DNA of 54,984 nucleotides from a virus (Duplodnaviria > Caudoviricetes), in the IMG/VR virus record IMGVR_UViG_3300048016_000081, positions 1 through 54,984 of that record. One strand, given 5' to 3'. Made by a program: the position numbers and the translations under genes. Positions 44,545 to 53,135 of the stretch are shown here, one piece after another. The stretch's first letter is position 1. Every line of letters starts with the position of its first letter. The notes under the pieces are model-generated. The model made no database searches. It was not told the origin of the DNA and saw nothing but the letters and a program-made list of their open reading frames with translations.

Positions 44545-45459
44545 TCATGAGACCTCCACTTGTTCATAACCGTTGGTTGTAGCGTAGATGTGTTTACGCA
44601 GTGCCTTCATGCCGTTGTCAAGGGTACGCTCACGCATCAGACGAACACGCTCATCCATCGTGCGCTTCTTGTACTCACCATCTACCCATACATGTGTGTC
44701 GGGCTTGTTGGCGATACGCATACCGTGATTGAGCACAGCTAGTGCATCGTCACCTGTTGGGTTCTTGTAGTCGATGTCAGCAATCAGCTTACCAATAGGG
44801 GGCGAGTACCAGTAGTTGCTGAGCTTCTTCTCGATGTGTTCTTCAAAGCCAACACGTAGCATGACCATGGCTAACTTTCGGATGACTGCGGTGTCTGCTT
44901 TGACTGATTGGATTGCTTCGTTCTTCACGATAGTCTTAATGTCCTTGGGGATGTTGAGGCAGTCGACTCGGCCTTGTGGGAGGTCAACTTGGAACTGTGT
45001 GCCCTGCTTGTAGGGGATGGTCTTGTCTCTGGTGTTTGCACACCATGCTGGCTTCTCCCACCCATGGGCACCATAGAAGTGGCTCGTGACACGAATGGCA
45101 GTCTCTTTGTTACGGTGGTGCCCTGTGTCTGAGTAGATAGTCAACCCAGTGATGTCTTGCAGACGGTTGCGAATCGTCATGTGGTGCACACTAGGCCAGC
45201 TCTTCGTATTAGGTGCAAGCAGTGTCATCACGTTGTCTGGTGCGATGCTGACCAATGGCGTTTCGTTGCGTACTTCACTACGCTTGTATTGGCCGGAGGT
45301 TTCATCTTTCTCCCAGTTGTACTGCAAGAAGGTGAATGTGAACGTACCGTCATCTGCTTTGGTTAGCCGTGTGTCTGTTTTGTACGCCTTGAAGTCATTG
45401 CTCTTGCGGCGTGTATCGAAGATTTTTTCTGTCCAGTTGTAAGTAAGTATCGCGCCCAT
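44545..45459 (-). CDS. Hypothetical protein (304 aa)
   Basis: AAGGAG RBS; long ORF. Confidence 0.8.
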   Translation of the reverse strand: MGAILTYNWTEKIFDTRRKSNDFKAYKTDTRLTKADDGTFTFTFLQYNWEKDETSGQYKRSEVRNETPLVSIAPDNVMTLLAPNTKSWPSVHHMTIRNRLQDITGLTIYSDTGHHRNKETAIRVTSHFYGAHGWEKPAWCANTRDKTIPYKQGTQFQVDLPQGRVDCLNIPKDIKTIVKNEAIQSVKADTAVIRKLAMVMLRVGFEEHIEKKLSNYWYSPPIGKLIADIDYKNPTGDDALAVLNHGMRIANKPDTHVWVDGEYKKRTMDERVRLMRERTLDNGMKALRKHIYATTNGYEQVEVS

Positions 45460-45468
45460 GTTTTCTCC

Positions 45469-45726
45469 TTAAGTAAGTTTCTCTGCTATCTCAACAGCAA
45501 GCCAACGCTCCATCGAGCTTATAGTTGCTTCACAGTCTGCCTTGATGGTTTGGTCTGACGCCAAGTCTGTCTTGTGTTGTGTGGTTATCACGAACGCGCC
45601 GTCCATATACTGAACAGTAGCGATCAGTCTGTTGTACACCGAGTGGATGTTGGTCTCGAATAGCTTGGACTTCCGAGTCCCGTACATCCATCTAAGTTGC
45701 TTCGTCGAGTCGTTGCTTAACGTCAT
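45469..45726 (-). CDS. Hypothetical protein, possible distant member of the small paralogue family
   Basis: GGAGG RBS; LRW...LIATVQ...MERWLAVEI. Confidence 0.65.
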   Translation of the reverse strand: MTLSNDSTKQLRWMYGTRKSKLFETNIHSVYNRLIATVQYMDGAFVITTQHKTDLASDQTIKADCEATISSMERWLAVEIAEKLT

Positions 45727-45916
45727 ACGCTTCCTCCAAACTTGGATGCACCTCGTGTATCCATTCGATTCGTTCCTCAAGCTCAGCTAATTGGTCTTCA
45801 AGGTCACTGACTTCATCCTTGAGTCGAGCGTTCTCTTCTTGCAGCTCGTTGCATAACGATTGGTGATACGCCAAGTCTTCTTCTATCTCAGCGATTTGGT
45901 CACTTAGGTTGGCCAT
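45692..45916 (-). CDS. Acidic coiled-coil protein
   Basis: Heptads rich in E/D. Confidence 0.75.
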   Translation of the reverse strand: MANLSDQIAEIEEDLAYHQSLCNELQEENARLKDEVSDLEDQLAELEERIEWIHEVHPSLEEAYDVKQRLDEAT

Positions 45917-46159
45917 TTAGTTCATCCTTTCACATGCTGTTACCCATGCTTGTGCTTCTGCTCTGGTGTTGAACACCATCTTCTGCTTCACACTAAAGGC
46001 ATGTGCGTGATACTCATGCACTGGTTCGTCGTAGCTTTGCCTTGCCCGAATAACTCTGTGCACTTCGCCTAAGCGAGCTCGTGACTCACCTCCATACAAT
46101 CCGTAGCTCCATTTCTGAGTGTCGTATGAAAGGTTCTCCCATCTGTACTCGACTGTCAT
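45917..46159 (-). CDS. Small paralogue-family protein
   Basis: YRW...FNTRAEAQAWV; ATGA coupling. Confidence 0.7.
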   Translation of the reverse strand: MTVEYRWENLSYDTQKWSYGLYGGESRARLGEVHRVIRARQSYDEPVHEYHAHAFSVKQKMVFNTRAEAQAWVTACERMN

Positions 46160-46395
46160 AGTCTCACTATTGCTATCGTCCATGCCTTGGCCTCCTCCTC
46201 TGTGTAGAACATTTTTCTGTGTCTACCAACCTCTACGCCATACATCCACATCTTGAATGACTGCTTCGTAGTGCATAGAAGAAGGCGCACCGTCGCTTTG
46301 TAGTGGTAGCGGCTATACAGAGCGTAGTCAAAGTCATACAGCCTCCACCCCCGCAGCTCTTCTTCCTTAACAACAGTGCGCCACTCTAGTTGCAT
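46156..46395 (-). CDS. Small paralogue-family protein
   Basis: LEW...FYTEEEAKAWT; GGAG RBS. Confidence 0.7.
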   Translation of the reverse strand: MQLEWRTVVKEEELRGWRLYDFDYALYSRYHYKATVRLLLCTTKQSFKMWMYGVEVGRHRKMFYTEEEAKAWTIAIVRL

Positions 46396-46631
46396 GATGC
46401 TTTCTCCAATGCGTAGAGAGTCCACAGATATGCTTTGGCGTCCTCCACATCAGTGAAGTACCTAAGGCCTTTACCCATGGACAAGTCTGCGTAGTAAGTT
46501 CCGAGCTCTTCATTGATTTGCACAACCTCGCCAACGATGTAGCCCTTGCCTACTGTGGCATCGCATAGATACCACTGAACTAAACCAGCCCTGTCACGGC
46601 TAGTCTCGTCGGAATTAACCCAGTGCGTCAC
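46386..46631 (-). CDS. Small paralogue-family protein
   Basis: THW...FTDVEDAKAYL; GTGA coupling. Confidence 0.7.
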   Translation of the reverse strand: MTHWVNSDETSRDRAGLVQWYLCDATVGKGYIVGEVVQINEELGTYYADLSMGKGLRYFTDVEDAKAYLWTLYALEKASCN

Positions 46632-47734
46632 TGCTCTAACTCGAAGTGAATGTTGTCACCCCATGGTGCGTCGACGTCGCTGCTGATACACCACACGACT
46701 GGATAGCCGGGGTCTTGGCCGAAGTATGTGTAGCCGTCAGTCAAGCACACGAACACCTGTGGCTCGATACCCTGCTCGGCAAGGAAGTCAAAGCCTGCTG
46801 GCATATGTGTGCCACCACCTGAGAAGAACTCGAGGCTGACCTCTTCACCGCAGTCGAACTCCATGTGCTTCTTGACCTCGGTGTCTGTGTAGATGACATG
46901 CACCTTCTCTGGTCGGCACTGCTCGATGATGCGTGATAGGTGACCGTTGTAGTAGTCGAGCTCGCGTTTGCTGATAGAACCAGATACATCGACCTGCACA
47001 ACAAGCTCACCCATCTGTGGCAACTTGTCAACGCTAGGCAGATAGTGATCTACGAAGCGACGGTTAGGACGACGCCAGCTCTGACCCTGTGCAACGCACG
47101 CAGTCATGTGCTTCTCAAGGATGTCATACCAAGGAGTCTTGACCTCGAGCAAGCCAGCAACCATCTCGGCTAACTTGCCAGACAACTTGCCGCGCATCTT
47201 GGCAGCTTGAGCAGCCTCGGCGATCTCGACCTTGATCTGACCCTCGATCTCTTTAATCTCGTCAGGTGTCAGGGGCTTGCCATTACCATCAGCACCAATG
47301 CCATAGATAACGTCCTCACCTAAGCCGTTGTCACCGTGGTCTTCGGGCAGCTCGTCATAAATAGTCTCGGTGGTCTTGTCCTTGGAGCCAGCCATGTTGA
47401 CTGTGTTGGGGATGCGCTGGCCTACGTTGCTGTCGTCGAGCGTGTCGTTAATCCAAGCGTCACCTGCATAGTTCCACTTCTTATGATTGCGAGCACCCTT
47501 GCGTACTGCGTGCTGACCGATGACGTGGCCTACCTCGTGGCACAGACCCCACACAATCTGCGGCACAGTCAACGACTCGATGAAGTCATTGTTGTAATAG
47601 ATGTTGGCACGTGCATCGACGGCCAGTGTTTGGATGCTGTTGTCACAGATGAGCTTACGACGCAGAAGAATTGCTGCGAAGAAGGGATGGTCAAGCACGA
47701 TTTGTGCTTTTGCTTTTTCTAGTTTAGTTGCCAT
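46628..47734 (-). CDS. Metallopeptidase-vWA protein (DUF2201-like)
   Basis: HEVGH, WNYAGDAWIN, SWRRPNRR, MIDAS DVSGS, GGGT, LTDG. Confidence 0.9.
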   Translation of the reverse strand: MATKLEKAKAQIVLDHPFFAAILLRRKLICDNSIQTLAVDARANIYYNNDFIESLTVPQIVWGLCHEVGHVIGQHAVRKGARNHKKWNYAGDAWINDTLDDSNVGQRIPNTVNMAGSKDKTTETIYDELPEDHGDNGLGEDVIYGIGADGNGKPLTPDEIKEIEGQIKVEIAEAAQAAKMRGKLSGKLAEMVAGLLEVKTPWYDILEKHMTACVAQGQSWRRPNRRFVDHYLPSVDKLPQMGELVVQVDVSGSISKRELDYYNGHLSRIIEQCRPEKVHVIYTDTEVKKHMEFDCGEEVSLEFFSGGGTHMPAGFDFLAEQGIEPQVFVCLTDGYTYFGQDPGYPVVWCISSDVDAPWGDNIHFELEQ

Positions 47735-48065
47735 TTGCGGCCTCCAGTTTCTCGTTTACACACATTGCTACTGCCTGAGCGAATGACACCTTCTGCACAC
47801 TGACAGACTGGTCTTTCTTGCGGTGCCAGATTTTGTTCTCTCCATACCCATCGCTACTTACCATCACGATGGTGTCCTCAACTAACTTGAGTGCTGACGC
47901 GGGCATCATCATGTCGTACCCAATCACCACGAACTCGCTCATCTTCTCGTCAGCTTTGGGCTTGCGTTGTGGTTTGAACTCAACCTTTACCTCACAGTCA
48001 CGCAAGATGCGAAGCATGTACCTCGCCGTCTTGATCGGTCGAAACACTAAGTTAATTAGTCTCAT
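47724..48065 (-). CDS. Hypothetical protein
   Basis: AAGGAG RBS; overlaps neighbours. Confidence 0.65.
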   Translation of the reverse strand: MRLINLVFRPIKTARYMLRILRDCEVKVEFKPQRKPKADEKMSEFVVIGYDMMMPASALKLVEDTIVMVSSDGYGENKIWHRKKDQSVSVQKVSFAQAVAMCVNEKLEAANGN

Positions 48066-48264
48066 GCTTTATCTCCTTAAATTTAAGCAGCCCATCACGT
48101 CCCCGTGTAGCTGTTGCCTTTCCGTCAACGAGGCAGTCCACGATGAACTTAGCCTCGCGAATTGTGTGCACCAGAAACGCAATCTTCACTCGTTGTGCAT
48201 AGAAGTACGCAAGGAAGCACACGTTGAGCCCGATGCTTACGATCAGTAAGTCAAAGTCTGTCAT
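48052..48264 (-). CDS. Small membrane-anchored protein
   Basis: N-terminal hydrophobic segment; ATGA coupling. Confidence 0.65.
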   Translation of the reverse strand: MTDFDLLIVSIGLNVCFLAYFYAQRVKIAFLVHTIREAKFIVDCLVDGKATATRGRDGLLKFKEIKHETN

Positions 48265-48452
48265 AAGAACCCCATTGGTTGTTTGACCTTGCCGTCCACT
48301 TTCTGTGGTTGCTTGGCCTGTTGCACATAGCGACGTTGGAGCCAGTCGCTAACTATTCGTGACAGCGTGTATGCGATAGCAATCAGGAAAGCCAATAGCA
48401 ATCCTGACGCCATGTACACCATGTCACGTACCCAACCATCAAGCCAGTCCAT
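48261..48452 (-). CDS. Small membrane protein (start MDWLDGW)
   Basis: One TM segment; start inside the upstream gene end. Confidence 0.55.
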   Translation of the reverse strand: MDWLDGWVRDMVYMASGLLLAFLIAIAYTLSRIVSDWLQRRYVQQAKQPQKVDGKVKQPMGFL

Positions 48453-49314
48453 ACGCAGCCATCTTCTTGGCAATCGCATCGAGCTTCGAGGCAGCCTGCT
48501 CACGCACTGCTGGTGACTCACGCAGAGAGTCCTTGTTGAAGTTGTAGATGTCAATCGCTTGCATCAGTGTGTCAGCCATGGTGTCTACATCAGGGTCACT
48601 GTTGACGTTCAATGCCTTGGCACGCCGTAAGCCCTCGACTACATTCTCCACAGCGGTGTCACGGAAGATAGCGCCCTCAGTACCGATGGGCTTGTTGAGC
48701 TTCTCGACTAAGTGTTGCAATGGTTCGAGCATGCCCTTGATAACCTCAGCACGCGCACCCTGCGCAACCTGCTCCATCGACGCATTGAACTCAGCCATGT
48801 CGTCGTCGCTAATGTCGAACAAGAAGTGCTTAGCATCAGGCAGTGGAGTGAAGCGTAAGTCGAAGCCCATCTTGCTACGGAACTCATCAGCTGTTGGGTA
48901 GTCTTCTACTTTGGCAGCACCCACGTTACCCAATGCACGAGCCTTGATGTCAAGCTGCACATAGTTATCGTAGTCAGGCATGTACTTGTCGAGCATGTCA
49001 TCTACTGCTCGGATGCGTTGTCGCATCTGCGCCGTGTACTCCATGTACTGCGTGTTGGGCAGCAGTCGTGGGCCTTTGTCAATGTACGCCAGTGTGTGTG
49101 CCTTATGATAGGTGTAGACCTCGCTCGCTGTCTGCATGATGCGGTTGATTGGATTGAGCTTGTCACGAAACAGTTTGCGGTTGACCACAAGTGATGTGTC
49201 ATCCATCTGACTCTGAATCAGTAACTCAGCCGTAATATCACGGCGTGTTAAGTTTGCTCGGCGTACTGTCAGCTTGACTAGCATTGCTTTGCTTGAGAGT
49301 GTTGTCGGTTGCAT
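48439..49314 (-). CDS. DUF3150-like protein associated with AAA/vWA pair
   Basis: KAMLVKL, HTLAY...GPRLLP, DYPT.DE; AGGAGG RBS; neighbourhood. Confidence 0.65.
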   Translation of the reverse strand: MQPTTLSSKAMLVKLTVRRANLTRRDITAELLIQSQMDDTSLVVNRKLFRDKLNPINRIMQTASEVYTYHKAHTLAYIDKGPRLLPNTQYMEYTAQMRQRIRAVDDMLDKYMPDYDNYVQLDIKARALGNVGAAKVEDYPTADEFRSKMGFDLRFTPLPDAKHFLFDISDDDMAEFNASMEQVAQGARAEVIKGMLEPLQHLVEKLNKPIGTEGAIFRDTAVENVVEGLRRAKALNVNSDPDVDTMADTLMQAIDIYNFNKDSLRESPAVREQAASKLDAIAKKMAAYGLA

Positions 49315-49322
49315 GTGTCCTC

Positions 49323-49529
49323 CTAAAAAGGTGTGTCAGTTGAGTCGTTGCGTAGTTTGTAGTCAGCTTGGAAAGCCAAGAACATTTCTCCAATCTCCTT
49401 GGGGTCAAGAGACTTGCATATGTACAGCTTGGTACCTGAGTCAACTCGACCTCCATCAGTGACGGGGCCAGTAATCATCATCCCCTCGTTGTCAGCGAAG
49501 GCTATCTGTACGAAGTAGCGCGTTGCCAT
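49323..49529 (-). CDS. Hypothetical protein
   Basis: GGA RBS; fills operon gap. Confidence 0.65.
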   Translation of the reverse strand: MATRYFVQIAFADNEGMMITGPVTDGGRVDSGTKLYICKSLDPKEIGEMFLAFQADYKLRNDSTDTPF

Positions 49530-49758
49530 CGTCCATCCTTACTTGGGTAAACACCCATGCTTTCGCAGTCTCCACATCGAAGAACTCCATGCGGTTGCCT
49601 GCATCGTTGGGAACCCACGCCGTGTATGACGTGGGGCCTGACTTCATGATGAAGCCGTGAGATACGCCGTTGATGACTTTGACATCACCTTCCTGCTTGG
49701 GTGCTTCACGCAACACATAGTCAGCTAACCCCATAGCGTCTTGCCATTCATATCCCAT
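49492..49758 (-). CDS. Small paralogue-family protein
   Basis: YEW...FFDVETAKAWV. Confidence 0.7.
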   Translation of the reverse strand: MGYEWQDAMGLADYVLREAPKQEGDVKVINGVSHGFIMKSGPTSYTAWVPNDAGNRMEFFDVETAKAWVFTQVRMDDGNALLRTDSLR

Positions 49759-49760
49759 GA

Positions 49761-50765
49761 TTAGCTAAGCACGTTAGCATTTTTAACGGCCCATTGCACG
49801 AAGGCTTTGGTGTTGACGATCTCGGGCTTGAGCTTCTTGGAGTCAAGCACACACATCACTTGGAATTCAGCGGGGATGCGGTTGATGTACTCACACACTC
49901 GGTCGAAGTTGTCCTTGGATACACGGTGAGCAAGCGCACCAGTCAGAGCAAACAACACGGGCATGTCGTCAGGCACATTAGCCTTGGCAGGGTTCATCAA
50001 GATGCCGTCAATGTCAGGCAGGTTCTCGAAGATACGCTTAAAGCCCGTGTACTCGGCAGCGGCACCCTCGCCAACAAGTCCTGCAATATTTGCGAAGTAC
50101 AAGTCACTAGGCAACTCAGTGGCAACTTGGTTGGCCATTTCCCATGAACGTGGCGTTGGGTTGATTGCACGGTTGGGGTCGAAGTCAGACAGCATGTTTG
50201 GTCGGAAGCGCAGGAACTGCACCATCTCCACAGCGATGTCATTGTCGAGCGCCCAGTCACACCAGTCGTCAAGGTTCTCGTCGAAGGTCAACGTCTGCAC
50301 ACGGTTACCCAGCTTGGTAGTCATGCGAGTCGCACCAGACTTGTCCTCGGTACGGTTACCTGTTGCAATGATGTGCAACTTGGGGTGCAGCTTGAGCTCG
50401 CCAGCATAGCGGTCTAACAACACACGACACAGTGGGTTCTGCATGGGTGTAGTCGCGTCAGACATTTCTTCTACGATCAATGCACACGCTTGGTCAGTAC
50501 CGTCGTCACGGATGCGCCAGAACTCTGAGGGAGGCAACCACGAGGAATGGTCACCGTCAGTCTTGGGTAAGCCCATGATGTCTACTGGGTCGCGCAGTGA
50601 GGGGTTGAATTCTGTGATGCGGGCTGGGTCGATACCGAGCTCTGCAACGATTGAACGAGCGAGAGACGACTTACCACCGCCGGGTTTGCCCACGATGAAT
50701 GGGACTAGGCTGGTACCGCGTTGGAAGTTAGCGAGCACAGAGCGTTTGATGTCAGAGTATTTCAT
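49761..50765 (-). CDS. MoxR/CbbQ-like AAA+ ATPase (334 aa, start MKYSDIK)
   Basis: GKPGGGKS, DIMGLP, LIVEE, ATGNR, LGNR, TPRSWE. Confidence 0.9.
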   Translation of the reverse strand: MKYSDIKRSVLANFQRGTSLVPFIVGKPGGGKSSLARSIVAELGIDPARITEFNPSLRDPVDIMGLPKTDGDHSSWLPPSEFWRIRDDGTDQACALIVEEMSDATTPMQNPLCRVLLDRYAGELKLHPKLHIIATGNRTEDKSGATRMTTKLGNRVQTLTFDENLDDWCDWALDNDIAVEMVQFLRFRPNMLSDFDPNRAINPTPRSWEMANQVATELPSDLYFANIAGLVGEGAAAEYTGFKRIFENLPDIDGILMNPAKANVPDDMPVLFALTGALAHRVSKDNFDRVCEYINRIPAEFQVMCVLDSKKLKPEIVNTKAFVQWAVKNANVLS

Positions 50766-50799
50766 GAGAGTCTTTCTAAGTGATTGAGTTTGAGAAGTT

Positions 50800-50933
50800 G
50801 AGGGGATAGTCGATTCGTCCATGCCCCTCGTCATGGTTGGGCTGTCACTTGCTAGTTCATACATGGGGGGAGCAAGTAACCACGATGCCAGTCACATCGA
50901 CAAAGCTAGGCAACGCGATTCATGAACCCCCCG
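50800..50933 (-). ncRNA. Candidate structured RNA with pseudoknot in the leader of the AAA+ gene
   Basis: 10-bp stem 50844-50853/50871-50880; hairpin 50819-50823/50832-50836 whose loop pairs with 50800-50805. Confidence 0.5.
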
Positions 50934-51032
50934 TTATTGTGATAGGTGCGCCCACAACGCCGTGGCGAGGACGATGATGATTGCGATGCACCAGATGATT
51001 TGGAATTCAGTTAGGTCATTTGTTGGTTTCAT
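50934..51032 (-). CDS. Small membrane peptide (32 aa), not in ORF track
   Basis: GGAGG RBS; MKPTNDLTEFQIIWCIAIIIVLATALWAHLSQ. Confidence 0.6.
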   Translation of the reverse strand: MKPTNDLTEFQIIWCIAIIIVLATALWAHLSQ

Positions 51033-51147
51033 GTGCTTCCTCCGCGTCCATACAGAACAGTTCTAAGATTTCATACAGCTCAACGCATCTGTTTTGCCAA
51101 GCGATAGCGTTGTCCAATGCTTTGAGGAATAGTTCGCGGTCTGTCAT
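51016..51147 (-). CDS. Small protein (43 aa), not in ORF track
   Basis: ATGA coupling; MTDRELFLKALDNAIAWQNRCVELYEILELFCMDAEEAHETNK. Confidence 0.6.
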   Translation of the reverse strand: MTDRELFLKALDNAIAWQNRCVELYEILELFCMDAEEAHETNK

Positions 51148-51296
51148 GATTTGTCTCTAGCCTCCATCATTGAATCAGCCAAGATGTATGCGTAGTGTGG
51201 AATAACCTGTTGTGACCTGAAGTTAGCCTGCACCAATGCCTGCATTGCCTTAGCTGCGAAGTAGTCACGCAGTAGCCTGCGGAATAGTTTCTTCAT
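51144..51296 (-). CDS. Small phage protein of the LRDYFAAKAMQ type (50 aa), not in ORF track
   Basis: LRDYFAAKAMQAL...AY.LAD.M..AR, a motif I recognise from many phage early regions. Confidence 0.8.
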   Translation of the reverse strand: MKKLFRRLLRDYFAAKAMQALVQANFRSQQVIPHYAYILADSMMEARDKS

Positions 51297-51517
51297 GCTT
51301 GCTCCAATCTGTTTGCTACATACCTTGCCGTACCCTCAGGACTCATTTGCACGAAGATGTATCCAGCAAATTCTTCACCGTCATCGCACAGATGTTCATC
51401 GCCTCTGTCGTAGTTGATGCACCCGCCGCCTTCTAGGTCACAGCCTACGCATCCCGGTTCCTCAATCCAAGGCATGGGCTTGTAGAACTTGCCGTCGACT
51501 TTGATTTTTGATCTCAT
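51293..51517 (-). CDS. Small Cys-containing protein
   Basis: GCVGCDL...C...LC; GGAG RBS. Confidence 0.7.
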   Translation of the reverse strand: MRSKIKVDGKFYKPMPWIEEPGCVGCDLEGGGCINYDRGDEHLCDDGEEFAGYIFVQMSPEGTARYVANRLEQA

Positions 51518-51771
51518 GCTTGCTCCAATCGTTTGAGAACTTGGTGGGCTATGTACTCGTCAGTGACAAGCTCCGCACCATTAGCCAGTCTGAATGTGTG
51601 GGCTGTTACGCGCCGTTTCCCGCATGCACCCATAGGTATTAGTGCGTTAAGCAAAGTTACTTGCCAGCACTTCACATCAGGAGTTACATGGGTTGTGTCT
51701 GTGACATATGCCCACACAGCCCCTTGCGCGTCATGTCGTTGCACTAAGTCCATCAGATGCACCTGACTCAT
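51514..51771 (-). CDS. Hypothetical protein
   Basis: ATGA couplings. Confidence 0.65.
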   Translation of the reverse strand: MSQVHLMDLVQRHDAQGAVWAYVTDTTHVTPDVKCWQVTLLNALIPMGACGKRRVTAHTFRLANGAELVTDEYIAHQVLKRLEQA

Positions 51772-51944
51772 GACAGGTGACGAGGCTCTATCTCGATGTT
51801 GTACCCAAGTGCTAGGATGATTTGGCGTGTGTCATGTGTGAGTGTTGCCGTGCCCGCAAGTCGTGCGAACAGTTTGGCCTTGTCGCATACGGGATACGCT
51901 GTCTGTCTGCCGTATACGTCTTTGATTCGGATGGTGATCTTCAT
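51768..51944 (-). CDS. Small hypothetical protein (start MKITIRI)
   Basis: VYGRQTAYPVCDKAKLFARLAGTATLT; AAGGA RBS. Confidence 0.75.
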   Translation of the reverse strand: MKITIRIKDVYGRQTAYPVCDKAKLFARLAGTATLTHDTRQIILALGYNIEIEPRHLS

Positions 51945-52135
51945 GCTCTGTCCTTGTAGATGTTGTATCTCCACGAGGTTGCCTCGGCGTCGATGCGTTG
52001 CCATACAACTTCGCGTTGTTCTTCAGTCAGTCCTACCCATTGGGAGACTTCGATGTATGTACGTCCACAGCCTTTGCAGACTTCATCGTACAGTGTGGTG
52101 CATACGGCAATGCACGGGCTATCTGGTCTTGTCAT
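51941..52135 (-). CDS. DUF1289-family putative Fe-S protein
   Basis: SPCIAVC......CKGCGRT..EV.QW. Confidence 0.88.
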   Translation of the reverse strand: MTRPDSPCIAVCTTLYDEVCKGCGRTYIEVSQWVGLTEEQREVVWQRIDAEATSWRYNIYKDRA

Positions 52136-52398
52136 TGGTCTAACCTCCGTTTCCACAGCTCCGCGATACACCAGTCTTTGGCTTCTTGGAGTGTGTCGTG
52201 TGTGTAGTGGTAGGGTTTACCCGCTTTATGGTCGGGCAATGAGTAGTCGTGGTTTTTGTGGTTGGGCTTCGGCACCATCGCCCTGAATCCGTTAGCTTCT
52301 AGGGACACGAACGCCACGTACTCGTCGTTGCTTACTAATATGTGCAGTGGTTTGGCATTGGAAGCATAAGCGTGTGGCTTCTGCTCTACCCAGTTCAC
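52132..52398 (-). CDS. Small paralogue-family protein
   Basis: MNW...HDTLQEAKDWC; GGAGG RBS. Confidence 0.7.
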   Translation of the reverse strand: MNWVEQKPHAYASNAKPLHILVSNDEYVAFVSLEANGFRAMVPKPNHKNHDYSLPDHKAGKPYHYTHDTLQEAKDWCIAELWKRRLDQ

Positions 52399-52619
52399 AG
52401 CTTGCCTCCACCCTTATGGGATGAGTTGAGTCCTTGGAGCAGAGATAAGTCTGTCACCAATATGTAGTTTGATTTGGGCATGGGCACGACTGTGTGCTTG
52501 CGTTGTTTGGCCAAGAGTTCACCACATGCCGCGCAGGTTGGTCTCAGTGACTTAGCTCGTTGTGGTTCCACACGGACTGCATAGCAGTGGGTGCATATAG
52601 GAATGTGATAATCTTCCAT
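52395..52619 (-). CDS. Zn-ribbon protein (start MEDYHIP)
   Basis: CTHC...CAACGE...VVPMPKSNY. Confidence 0.75.
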   Translation of the reverse strand: MEDYHIPICTHCYAVRVEPQRAKSLRPTCAACGELLAKQRKHTVVPMPKSNYILVTDLSLLQGLNSSHKGGGKL

Positions 52620-52620
52620 G

Positions 52621-53094
52621 TCATAACCTCGATGTTGAGTGGTAAGTTCGTTTGGCTTCGATGTACGCTTGTGCCGCGTCTTCAGGTGTATTGAATACAC
52701 CTAGATGTTTCTGTTTTCCAGATACCTGAATCACAGCTCGCCACTTACCACGGAAGGCAGACACACCTAGGTATGGGTTTGCCCGCTTCGGCTTGGCCTG
52801 ATTCATGTTGTTCTCTGCGTGTGTGCCGTCTCTCAGGTTGGACAGTCTGTTGTCTAAGCGGTCGCCATTTATGTGGTCAATGATATTCGGCCATACCCCA
52901 TGGACTAACAGCCACGCGATTCGGTGTGCTCGGTAGTTGTGCCCTTCGTACCCAATGATTCGGTAGCCGTACATTGGGCAGACATTACCAGCGACAGCCC
53001 CAGCCTTTACTCGGCCTCGGCTTTTAAGCCATTTAATCTCTCCGGTTTGTGGGTCGTAGGCAAATACCTGTTGCGCGGTTATGTGGTCTAACAT
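52621..53094 (-). CDS. HNH homing endonuclease with AP2-like domain
   Basis: YDPQTG, AHRIAW, IDHINGDRLDNRLSNLR...N, HLGVFNTPEDAAQAY. Confidence 0.93.
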   Translation of the reverse strand: MLDHITAQQVFAYDPQTGEIKWLKSRGRVKAGAVAGNVCPMYGYRIIGYEGHNYRAHRIAWLLVHGVWPNIIDHINGDRLDNRLSNLRDGTHAENNMNQAKPKRANPYLGVSAFRGKWRAVIQVSGKQKHLGVFNTPEDAAQAYIEAKRTYHSTSRL

Positions 53095-53135
53095 TTGTGG
53101 CTCCTTGTTCAGATGCTAAATGGTAGCACAAACAT

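Noticed and set aside
50800-50901. Pistol ribozyme
   Set aside because: The hairpin-loop pseudoknot is similar, but the conserved GCG after the pseudoknot and a P3 stem are missing
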